Below are positions 27,962 to 35,633 of a DNA stretch of 59,064 bases, piece after piece (within the stretch, counting starts at the first letter, position 1; each line of letters begins with the position of its first letter). This DNA is from Gammaproteobacteria bacterium. GTDB taxonomy: Bacteria; Pseudomonadota; Gammaproteobacteria; Steroidobacterales; Steroidobacteraceae. The notes beneath the pieces are model-generated. The model searched no databases. It saw only the letters and a list, made by a program, of their open reading frames with translations, and was not told the origin of the DNA. The stretch covers positions 1 through 59,064 of the forward strand of contig JAFAKO010000099.1 of NCBI GenBank assembly GCA_019235245.1, in the 5' to 3' direction. A program made the translations under genes and the position numbers.

Positions 27962-28771
27962 GTGACCGCCAAGGTCGATCAGCCGAGCGAGGCGGGCGAG
28001 TACGACCCTGGCATGCAGACGCTGCTGCAGCTCCTGTGGGGAGAGGGTTTCCTGTCCCCCGGGGGCGCAGCCGAGGTCGCCTGCCTGCTGGAAGGCAGCA
28101 GCATCGACGGCTGCAGAGTGCTCGACATCGGCTGCGGTCTCGGCGCGGTCGATGAGCTGCTGGTCACGCGGCATGGCGCCCGCTCGGTGCTCGGCGTCGA
28201 TGTCGATCCGGACCTGCTTGCCACCATGGACCGGCGAATCGAGCGCGCGGGACATGCCGCCCGGATCGCGACGCGTTGCGTCGAGCCCGGCCCCCTGCCG
28301 CTCGAGGCGGACAGCTTCGACGTTGTCTTCTCCAAGGACGCGATCGTGCAGATCCCGGACAAGCCCGCGGTGTTCGCGGATGCGCTACGCGTGCTGCGCC
28401 CCGGTGGCAGCCTGATCGTGAGCGACTGGTTGCGCGGCGGCAGCGGCGCCTATTCCGCCGAGATGCTCGAATTCTTCCGCCTCGAGGGAATAGCCTACAA
28501 CATGGCGACCATGGCAGAGACCATCGAGACGCTCGCCGGCACCGGCTTCGTCGAGATCGAGGTACGCGACCGCAACGAGTGGTACCGCGAGCTGGCGCGC
28601 CGCGAGCTCGCATCGCTCGAGGGAGCGCTGCGGCCGCTCGTCACCGAGCGCATCGGCGCGGAGCGAGCCGGGCACTTCATCAGCAACTGGCGGCAGATGG
28701 TGCGTGTGCTCGAGCGGGGGGAGCTGCGGCCCGGCCATCTGAAGGCGCGCAAGCCCGCGCGTCCGCCCTGA
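27962..28771 (+). CDS. class I SAM-dependent methyltransferase (phosphoethanolamine N-methyltransferase-like)
   Basis: VLDIGCGLGA motif I and LRPGGSLIVSDW. GEGFLSPGG lies just after the start, so GTG 27962 (16 nt after the upstream stop) is preferred over ATG 28013. Confidence 0.85.
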   Translation: MTAKVDQPSEAGEYDPGMQTLLQLLWGEGFLSPGGAAEVACLLEGSSIDGCRVLDIGCGLGAVDELLVTRHGARSVLGVDVDPDLLATMDRRIERAGHAARIATRCVEPGPLPLEADSFDVVFSKDAIVQIPDKPAVFADALRVLRPGGSLIVSDWLRGGSGAYSAEMLEFFRLEGIAYNMATMAETIETLAGTGFVEIEVRDRNEWYRELARRELASLEGALRPLVTERIGAERAGHFISNWRQMVRVLERGELRPGHLKARKPARPP

Positions 28772-29027
28772 GCCAGGCGAGGTCCGCCCGCAGGCGCGTG
28801 ATCTCGGCTTCCAGTGAGGCGAATGATCTCTGCGCAGCCGTTCCGCCCGGATGAGCCACGGCTGCGTGCAGAAGGCCCATGGCCCGCGACTCGAGCGCGG
28901 TGATCTGCTCGCGCAGCCTGCGACTCGCCTCCCCGTACTGCGCCGCCACCCCCGTGGTGAGCTGCCAGTCCACCGCGTGGGCCTGATTGCCGAGCGATAC
29001 GCCATCGGGCGCGAAGTTCACATCCAT
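28680..29027 (-). CDS. hypothetical helical protein
   Basis: ATG 29027. The first ~85 codons have high G/C at position 3 and heptad-like sequence (RRLREQITALESRAMGLL). The last ~30 codons run antisense into the methyltransferase 3' end and lose the bias. Confidence 0.3.
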   Translation of the reverse strand: MDVNFAPDGVSLGNQAHAVDWQLTTGVAAQYGEASRRLREQITALESRAMGLLHAAVAHPGGTAAQRSFASLEAEITRLRADLAWLRADARACAPSDGRAAAPPARAHAPSAASC

Positions 29028-29134
29028 GGTGGGTGCTCCGTCGGTAAGGTGCGGGGAGGGTAGGCCTCGTGCGGTCACCGCGTCAGTCGCGGGGCGGTGA
29101 CAAACGGGTCCGCGCTCGCCCGGCCGGGCCCCGG

Positions 29135-30061
29135 TCAGGCGAAGTTGACCGCGTTCGTGTTCGCGCCGCTCAGAACGATCCCGACCCGCTCGCCCTCGCG
29201 CGGCTCATAGCGCCGCGCAAGGAGCGCCGCGAACGCGGTAGCCGCTCCCGGCTCGGTGACGATGCGGAGCGAGTCCCATACTCGCTGCTGCGCGGCGCGG
29301 ATCGCCTCGTCACTCACCAGGATGGTCTGCGCGGCGTAGCGCTGTGCCAGCGGAAACATCAGCTCGCCGACTTTCTTCGGCGCGAGGGAGTCCGCGGCAA
29401 TACCGCCCGCCTTGGCTTCGACGGGCCGGCCGGCCGCGAGCGCCCGCGTGAGAGTCGGCGCCGTCTCGGGCTCCACCGCGATGAGGCGCAGGCGGTCCTG
29501 GTACCACGCCGCCAGTCCGCCAAAGAGTCCGCCGCCGCCCACCGGCACGAGCAGCGTGTCGAGACGCGCCTGCTCCTCGAGCTCGAGCCCGAGTGTGCCC
29601 TGGCCGAGGAGCGTCTCCGCCTGATCAAAGGCATGTACCGGCAGTGCACCGGAGCTCGCGGCCCACGCCTCGCTCGCAGCCAGGGCGTCCGCGTACCGAT
29701 CGCCCGAGACCGTGAGCTCGGCGCCGCTGTCGCGGATTCTTGCGATCTTGGCGGGTGAGGCGACCGTCGGCACGAAGATGCGGGCGCGCTTGCCGAGGCA
29801 CTGCGCTGCATAGGCGACCGCCACTCCATGGTTGCCTCCGGAGGCGGCGACCACCCCGGCTGCGGGCACCGGCCGCAGCAGCAGGTTGGCGAAGGCGCCG
29901 CGCGTCTTGAAGGAGCCGGCACGCTGCAGCAGCTCCAGCTTGAGGATCGCCTGGAAGCGGCCGAGCGCGAAGTCCGTGGCGTCGGTCTCGATGACCGGAG
30001 TGCGGCGCAGGTATCGACCGATCACACCGTGGGTGCGAACGATGCCCTCGCGGCTGATCAT
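29135..30061 (-). CDS. PLP-dependent threonine/serine dehydratase
   Basis: PLP-lysine motif GSFKTRGA and glycine loop VGGGGL. ATG overlaps the ridA stop (ATGA at 30058-30061). Confidence 0.85.
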   Translation of the reverse strand: MISREGIVRTHGVIGRYLRRTPVIETDATDFALGRFQAILKLELLQRAGSFKTRGAFANLLLRPVPAAGVVAASGGNHGVAVAYAAQCLGKRARIFVPTVASPAKIARIRDSGAELTVSGDRYADALAASEAWAASSGALPVHAFDQAETLLGQGTLGLELEEQARLDTLLVPVGGGGLFGGLAAWYQDRLRLIAVEPETAPTLTRALAAGRPVEAKAGGIAADSLAPKKVGELMFPLAQRYAAQTILVSDEAIRAAQQRVWDSLRIVTEPGAATAFAALLARRYEPREGERVGIVLSGANTNAVNFA

Positions 30062-30435
30062 TGGGCGATGAGATCGATCTCGACCGCCGCTCCGAGTGGC
30101 AGTGCGGCAACGGCCACCGTGGTGCGCGCCGGATAGGGCGCGGTGAAGTGCCGGGCGTACACCGCGTTCATCTGCGCGAAGTGCTTCATGTCGGTGAGAT
30201 AGACGTTCACCCGCGCGACATCCGCCAGGGTCTTGCCGGCGGCCGCGAGCACCGTACGCAGATTCTCGAGCACCTGCTCGGTCTGCGCGCTGACATCGCC
30301 CTCGATGAGCCGGCCGGTCGCGGGGCTGAGCGCCACCTGGCCGCTCACGAACAGGAACCCGCCCATGCGCACGGCGGCCGAAAACGGACCGACTGGCGGT
30401 GGCAGGCGATCGCTGCTGATGGCTTCTCTCGGCAT
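30058..30435 (-). CDS. ridA: RidA family reactive enamine/imine deaminase (YjgF/YER057c/UK114)
   Basis: 125 aa. PVGPFSAAV..GFLFVSGQ.. and C-terminal PARTTVAVAALPLGAAVEID are typical RidA signatures. Confidence 0.9.
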   Translation of the reverse strand: MPREAISSDRLPPPVGPFSAAVRMGGFLFVSGQVALSPATGRLIEGDVSAQTEQVLENLRTVLAAAGKTLADVARVNVYLTDMKHFAQMNAVYARHFTAPYPARTTVAVAALPLGAAVEIDLIAQ

Positions 30436-30486
30436 GGGCTGCCCTTCCCTGTCGATGCGCTGGCGCGCAGTGGTATTATCCCGGAC

Positions 30487-30530
30487 ACTTAGGCAATCGC
30501 CTAAATGCTACTTAGCCAAATGCCTAAATG
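30487..30530. promoter_or_regulatory. two tandem 21-bp operator-like units, each containing a TTAGSC-N4-GCCTAA inverted repeat
   Basis: ACTTAGGCAATCGCCTAAATG (30487-30507) and ACTTAGCCAAATGCCTAAATG (30510-30530), 18/21 identical. The first contains the perfect palindrome TTAGGC-AATC-GCCTAA. TATTAT sits at 30474-30479 just upstream. The second unit ends in the ArsR-family ATG. Confidence 0.55.
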
Positions 30531-30839
30531 TCAACCGTGAGTGCCGATCGCATGCTGCGCGCGCTCGCCAACGAGCGGCGCCTGCAGATTCTCGAATGGC
30601 TGCGCTCCCCGACCGAGCATTTTCCTGCGCAGGTGGATGGGGACCTGATCGAGGATGGGGTGTGCGGCGTCCTCATCGCACAGAAGCTCGGCGTGAGTCA
30701 TCCCACAGTGAGCGAGCATCTGAAAATCCTGGCCGCTGCCGGCCTCATCCGCGGCAAGCGCATCAAGCAATGGACCTTCTACCGGCGCGATGAGCGACGC
30801 ATCGGCGAGCTGAAGCGCCGCCTACTCGCGAAAATCTGA
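30528..30839 (+). CDS. ArsR/SmtB-family winged-helix transcriptional regulator
   Basis: LANERRLQILEWL ... LGVSHPTVSEHLKILAAAGLI HTH pattern; 103 aa. Confidence 0.85.
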   Translation: MSTVSADRMLRALANERRLQILEWLRSPTEHFPAQVDGDLIEDGVCGVLIAQKLGVSHPTVSEHLKILAAAGLIRGKRIKQWTFYRRDERRIGELKRRLLAKI

Positions 30840-30850
30840 CGGGATGCACC

Positions 30851-31303
30851 ATGAAGATACGTGACCTGGCACTTGCGGATTACGCGCAATGGCTGCCGCT
30901 CTGGAACGGCTATAACGCCTTCTACGGTCGCAGCGGCCCGACGGCCTTGCCCGAGGAGGTGACCCAGATGACCTGGAAGCGCTTCTTCGATGCGAGCGAG
31001 CCCATGTACGCCCTCGTCGCGGAGCTCGAGGGCACGCTGATCGGGCTCACCCACTACCTCTTCCACCGCAGCACGACGCTCCTCGGGCCGATCTGTTACC
31101 TGCAGGATCTGTACACGACCGCCGAGCGGCGGCGCACCGGAGTCGGACGCGCGCTCATCGAGGCGGTCTACAGGCGCGCGCACGAAGGCGGCTCCGCGCG
31201 GGTGTACTGGCAGACGCACGAGACCAACCTCACCGCCCAGCGGCTGTACGAGCAGGTCGCAGAGCGCTCAGGCTTCATCGTCTACCGCAGGAATCTCCCC
31301 TGA
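30851..31303 (+). CDS. GNAT-family N-acetyltransferase
   Basis: Starts 11 nt after the ArsR-family gene. Acetyl-CoA motif A RRRTGVGRALIE; 150 aa. Confidence 0.85.
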   Translation: MKIRDLALADYAQWLPLWNGYNAFYGRSGPTALPEEVTQMTWKRFFDASEPMYALVAELEGTLIGLTHYLFHRSTTLLGPICYLQDLYTTAERRRTGVGRALIEAVYRRAHEGGSARVYWQTHETNLTAQRLYEQVAERSGFIVYRRNLP

Positions 31304-31326
31304 ATTGAGTCAAATTGCGGCCGCGC

Positions 31327-31355
31327 TTGCTTTTCCTGCCTACCCTATGTAGAGT
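31327..31355 (+). promoter_or_regulatory. candidate sigma70-type promoter of the PadR-family gene
   Basis: TTGCTT (31327-31332), a 17-nt spacer, then TAGAGT (31350-31355). The predicted +1 falls at or next to the A of ATG 31363. Confidence 0.35.
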
Positions 31356-31362
31356 TACGATT

Positions 31363-31668
31363 ATGGGTAAAATGGATCGCGACGTACGCATGTCGCTCCA
31401 GACTCTCCGGGTCCTGGATGCGTTTCTCGCGAGCCCGGCGGAGGAGCTCGCCGGCGCCGATGTACACAAGCGCAGCGGCCTCGCCTCCGGGACTCTCTAC
31501 CCCATTCTCCTGCGTCTCGAGTCCGCGGGCTGGTTCGTGAGCCGCTGGGAGCGCATCGACCCCTCCAGCGCCGGGCGCCCGCGGCGCCGGCTCTATCGCC
31601 TCACCTCGAGTGGTCTCGCGCGCGCGAGCGAAGTCTTTGCCAGCTTCGGCAGAGGTGTCCCCGCATGA
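31363..31668 (+). CDS. PadR-family transcriptional regulator
   Basis: GTLYPILLRLESAGWFVSRWE winged-helix signature. ATG 31363 or 31375. Confidence 0.85.
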   Translation: MGKMDRDVRMSLQTLRVLDAFLASPAEELAGADVHKRSGLASGTLYPILLRLESAGWFVSRWERIDPSSAGRPRRRLYRLTSSGLARASEVFASFGRGVPA

Positions 31669-32564
31669 ATGGCCACGACATACTCACAGCACTGCCTGCA
31701 GCGCCCGATCGTCTTGCCCGCCGCCTCATCCGACACGCCGCGCGCAGCACGCCGCCGGCCTTGGCGCAACGGCTGGAGGAAGAGTGGCTCGCGGACCTCG
31801 CAGCCCGGAGCGCCGCGCTGTCGCAACTGCGGCTGGCACTCGGATGCTGGTGGGCGGCGAGCGTCATCACCCATGAATTCGGTGCGGTGAGCCTCGCCGT
31901 CGCCCCAGGCTCCGGCGGCACCGTCTCGAGCTGGACCCGGAGTACTCGCGGACTCTCGCGCCGCACCGCCGCGCTGATCCTCATTTCGTGCCTGCACCTG
32001 ACCTTGGTTTATTTCCTGGCAGTGGGGCTCACGCAACACGGTGCGGAAGTGGCACCCCCGCCCTTCCAGGTCGAAGGATTCCAGACGGACCCACAGCGGC
32101 ATGAGCCGCCACCGCTCCCGCCCCCCACCCTGCGACACCTCGAGAAATTCGATCCCGTGCCCCCTGTGGTCATCGTGGACGACCCACGCGACACGGGCGT
32201 CACCGGGGATGTACGGGTCGACCCGTCATCCCACGAGGAGAAAGTCGCGCCTCCGCAGGTCGATCGGGTGATTGGCGGCCCGGGGAAAGGCTTCCCCGAC
32301 ACGACGGACTATTATCCCGACGCCTCGAGACGGCTCGGCGAGACCGGAGTGGCGGCGGTGCAGGTCTGTGTGGACGAGCGCGGCCGCCTGGCCTCTGACC
32401 CGGCGCTCGCGGAATCCTCCGGCATCCGTCGTCTCGATGCGGCCGCACTCACACTCGCCAAGGCAGGCTCGGGACACTATCGGGCCAGCACGGAGAATGG
32501 CCGCCCGGTGAGCTCCTGCTTCCCGTTCCGGATCCGCTTCAGAATGATCGGCGACGCGCGCTGA
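31665..32564 (+). CDS. PadR-associated membrane protein with Pro-rich linker and TonB-like C-terminal domain
   Basis: ATG overlaps the PadR stop (ATGA). N-terminal helical cytoplasmic segment, TM (AALILISCLHLTLVYFLAVGL), EPPPLPPPT linker, and C-terminal GVAAVQVCVDERGRL..SSGIRRLDAAAL..RIRF resembling TonB_C. Confidence 0.7.
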   Translation: MNGHDILTALPAAPDRLARRLIRHAARSTPPALAQRLEEEWLADLAARSAALSQLRLALGCWWAASVITHEFGAVSLAVAPGSGGTVSSWTRSTRGLSRRTAALILISCLHLTLVYFLAVGLTQHGAEVAPPPFQVEGFQTDPQRHEPPPLPPPTLRHLEKFDPVPPVVIVDDPRDTGVTGDVRVDPSSHEEKVAPPQVDRVIGGPGKGFPDTTDYYPDASRRLGETGVAAVQVCVDERGRLASDPALAESSGIRRLDAAALTLAKAGSGHYRASTENGRPVSSCFPFRIRFRMIGDAR

Positions 32565-33882
32565 CCGCAGAAGTCGTTGCGATCTCCTCGAGCACCTCGC
32601 GCTCGACCGCCGGGCTGCGCTCACCGTCCGCCGTTGCAACGATCTCCCGCGGGATGAGTCGCAGCACCCCGAACATCAGAGCCGAGGTGCCGGTCGCAGC
32701 GACCACGCAGTAGGTGAAGCCGTGGGCCGCGCTGCTCGCGTACAGCTGCGTACCGACGAAGTCGCCGCCGCGGTAGGCGAGCTCATACATCCCCGCGACC
32801 AGCATCATCAAAGCGCCCTGCAGCCCCGGCGGACACGAGCGCATGGAAAGATCCCAGAACGCCGTGAACGCGAAGCCGTTGGCAAGACCGATCGGTACCG
32901 CGAACCACAGTGCGCTGGCATTCGAATGGATGAAGAGCAGCGGAATCGCTGCCGGCAACCACAGCAGCGTCGCTCCCCACAGCAGGGTCCTGAGCGGAAA
33001 GCGCGTGCAGAGCCAGGCGTACACGGCCGCCGCCGGGATGTAGCCCGCCTGCTGGATACCCAGAAAATCCCCATACACCCAGTCGGGCGCGTGCAGGTCG
33101 TTCGCCAGATAGAACTGCAATGGCGTGTTGAATCCCGGGCTGAATTGACTCAGGCACACGAGCAGCACCGCCGGGTACGCGGCGCGGTGCGTCACCAGGC
33201 GCTTGAGGTCGCCGAGTAGCCCCGCGCCCTGCGCCACGGGCAAATCGTAGGCATGGCCGAAGAGCGCGCGCGGCTTCCACAATCCGTATACGGCGATCGC
33301 GGCGCTCAGCACCGCGACCAGGCGGAAGGTGAAAGCGGGCGTGAGCAGCGCGAGGAGTCCCGCGGCGAACGCTCCCAGCACGTACGGCGCCGAGGACACC
33401 GCGTTCCACAGGGCGCTCAGGCGTCCCGACATGAGCTGCTCCTGGCTGATGAGCGCCAGCAGGCCGCGCGCCGCGGCCGCGACGAACCCGAAGGAGAGCA
33501 TGACGGCGAGCATGCTGAAGAGCAGTCCCCAGTAGCTGAGGGTCAGCGTGCTCATCAGCAGGAACAGCACCGCCGTGATCGCGCCGAAGATCATGAAGAA
33601 GCCGCGATCGCGCAGGCCGAAGGGGTTCCACAGGTCGCGCGCCAGGCCGAAGAAGAACGCCAGGTAGACCGGCACCGCGGTCAGCAGGCGGAAATTCGCG
33701 ATCTGCTCCGGCGTCGCCCGTACCTGGTTCTTGAGCATGAAGGAGGTGCCGATGTCGAGCAGAAAGCCGTTCGGCAGCACGAAAAAAACCAGCAGCGTGA
33801 GCGGTGTGAAATAGAGGAACGCCGTGCCCGCTCGTGAGGGCGGCGCAGCCGGTGCAGTCAGGTCGGCGCGTGCCCGGTGCAT
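32539..33882 (-). CDS. MFS transporter, folate-biopterin transporter (BT1)-like
   Basis: Start at ATG 33882. About 12 hydrophobic segments. The BT1-like assignment is from general resemblance only. The 3' end overlaps the convergent TonB-like gene by 26 nt. Confidence 0.75.
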   Translation of the reverse strand: MHRARADLTAPAAPPSRAGTAFLYFTPLTLLVFFVLPNGFLLDIGTSFMLKNQVRATPEQIANFRLLTAVPVYLAFFFGLARDLWNPFGLRDRGFFMIFGAITAVLFLLMSTLTLSYWGLLFSMLAVMLSFGFVAAAARGLLALISQEQLMSGRLSALWNAVSSAPYVLGAFAAGLLALLTPAFTFRLVAVLSAAIAVYGLWKPRALFGHAYDLPVAQGAGLLGDLKRLVTHRAAYPAVLLVCLSQFSPGFNTPLQFYLANDLHAPDWVYGDFLGIQQAGYIPAAAVYAWLCTRFPLRTLLWGATLLWLPAAIPLLFIHSNASALWFAVPIGLANGFAFTAFWDLSMRSCPPGLQGALMMLVAGMYELAYRGGDFVGTQLYASSAAHGFTYCVVAATGTSALMFGVLRLIPREIVATADGERSPAVEREVLEEIATTSAVSARRRSF

Positions 33883-34028
33883 GACGCAGCGGACACTATC
33901 ATGGTGGCGCGATGCGGTCGCGTTGACGCCTGCGACGCCCGGCCGCGCCGTATTGGCCGAGGTACCGCCCCGTGGCGTAACGTTGCGTGGCGCACGTGCC
34001 GTGCGTTCAGAACACACGCAGGCCCCCA

Positions 34029-35633
34029 ATGAGCACACCCAAAGAGCTCGCACACGACTGGGTGAATGAGCACCGCCAGACGCTCTCCGCCTGGCACCGC
34101 ACGATCTGGGAGTTCGCCGAGCCCGCGTGGCGCGAGTACCGCTCGGCCGGGTGGTTCGTCGAGCGTCTGCAGCGTGCCGGCTTCAGCGTCGAGGCCGGGA
34201 GCGGCGGCATGCCGACCGCCTTCGCGGCGCAATGGTCGAACGGTCCCGGTGCGACCGTCGCCGGCTACGCCGAGTACGACGCCGTCCCGGGCAATTGCCA
34301 GGCCGCCGCCACCTCGCGCGGCCCGCGGCCGGGCCTATCCGAGTTCGCGCCCGGTCACACCGATCCGCACTCGGCGCTCGGCATCGGCGCACTCGCCGGC
34401 ATCCTCGCGGCGCAGCACGCGATGCAGAGGTCCGGCGTGACCGGCACGTTGCGCTTCTTCGGGGAGCCCGCCGAGAAAGTGCAGGGCTCGAAGCTCGTCC
34501 ACGGCCTCAGGGGCTACTACGACGGCATCGATGCGATGGTGAGCTTTCATCCGTTCTACATGCTGCCGCTGTGCAACACCACGCGCTGGGACACGCACTG
34601 CGGCGCGTATTGCAGCCGCATCTACTCCTTTATGTGCGATGAGCCCGAGACCTGGAGCGCGGCCGCACACGACAGCCCGATCGCGGCTGCACACTCGGCG
34701 GCGCGCGCGCCGGGAGCGAACGTCGCGCTCTTCACGATGTACTCGCTCACCAAGTCGACGATGGAGTCGATGCTCGCTCACAGCGGCGGCTGGTCGCTGA
34801 ATGAAGCGATCCTCACCGCGGGACAGGCCACCGCCGACAATCTTCCGGCGCAGCTCGCACAGATCACCTACGCCTGGCGGGCACCGGAGGTGCGCATGGC
34901 GAATGCCGTGCTCGAGGTGCTCGACCGCAACGCCGAGCACGCCGCGGCGGTCGCGCACTGCCGGCTCGTCAAGCGCTGGGTGTCACGTACCCGGCCCGGC
35001 GTCGCGAACCATGTGCTTGCGCGACTCGCCTATGACAATCTCGTTGCGGTCGGCGCACCGCATTACGATGCGGCGGCGGTGGCCCTGGCGCAGGAGATTC
35101 AACGCAACCTGGGTCTCACCCCGATGGGGTGCCCGTTCCTTCCCGCCTGCGAGCAACTGGTCGATCCGCAGGTCGCCGAGGCCACGCTGCGCGAGCAGAT
35201 GCCCGCCTGGCAGACACACTGGACCTCGGACGACTACGTCGAGATGAGCTGGTACGCGCCCACCGTGAGGCTCTACATCGCACGCCCGATGCTCGCCGTG
35301 CCCGCCGGCTATGCCGGTTATCCGGCGTGGGTGTCGAACGCGCTCGGTGGCCTCGCCCCCTGCATCGATCCGACGATCCTGGTGGCCGGCAAGACCATCG
35401 CCGGCACGCTGCTCGACCTGCTCACCCGTCCCGAGACTCTCGCTGCCGCGCGCGCCGAATTCGCGCGGCGTACCGCCGGCGAGCGCTTCATCGCGCCGCT
35501 CCTGCCGCGGGACTTTGCTCCACCGATCGACTACCGCTGGCCGGAATACATCAGCACTGCGCGCGGGCCGGACTGGTGGATCCCGGCTGCGCACGAGCTC
35601 GAGAGCGGGCGGTCCTCGGTCCAGGGGGCGTGA
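34029..35633 (+). CDS. M20-family amidohydrolase, aminobenzoyl-glutamate utilization protein B (AbgB)-like
   Basis: ATG 34029. The N-terminus (W..H...L...H..IWEFAE....EY.S) and AGYAEYDAVPG pattern resemble AbgB-type M20 hydrolases. Confidence 0.75.
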   Translation: MSTPKELAHDWVNEHRQTLSAWHRTIWEFAEPAWREYRSAGWFVERLQRAGFSVEAGSGGMPTAFAAQWSNGPGATVAGYAEYDAVPGNCQAAATSRGPRPGLSEFAPGHTDPHSALGIGALAGILAAQHAMQRSGVTGTLRFFGEPAEKVQGSKLVHGLRGYYDGIDAMVSFHPFYMLPLCNTTRWDTHCGAYCSRIYSFMCDEPETWSAAAHDSPIAAAHSAARAPGANVALFTMYSLTKSTMESMLAHSGGWSLNEAILTAGQATADNLPAQLAQITYAWRAPEVRMANAVLEVLDRNAEHAAAVAHCRLVKRWVSRTRPGVANHVLARLAYDNLVAVGAPHYDAAAVALAQEIQRNLGLTPMGCPFLPACEQLVDPQVAEATLREQMPAWQTHWTSDDYVEMSWYAPTVRLYIARPMLAVPAGYAGYPAWVSNALGGLAPCIDPTILVAGKTIAGTLLDLLTRPETLAAARAEFARRTAGERFIAPLLPRDFAPPIDYRWPEYISTARGPDWWIPAAHELESGRSSVQGA

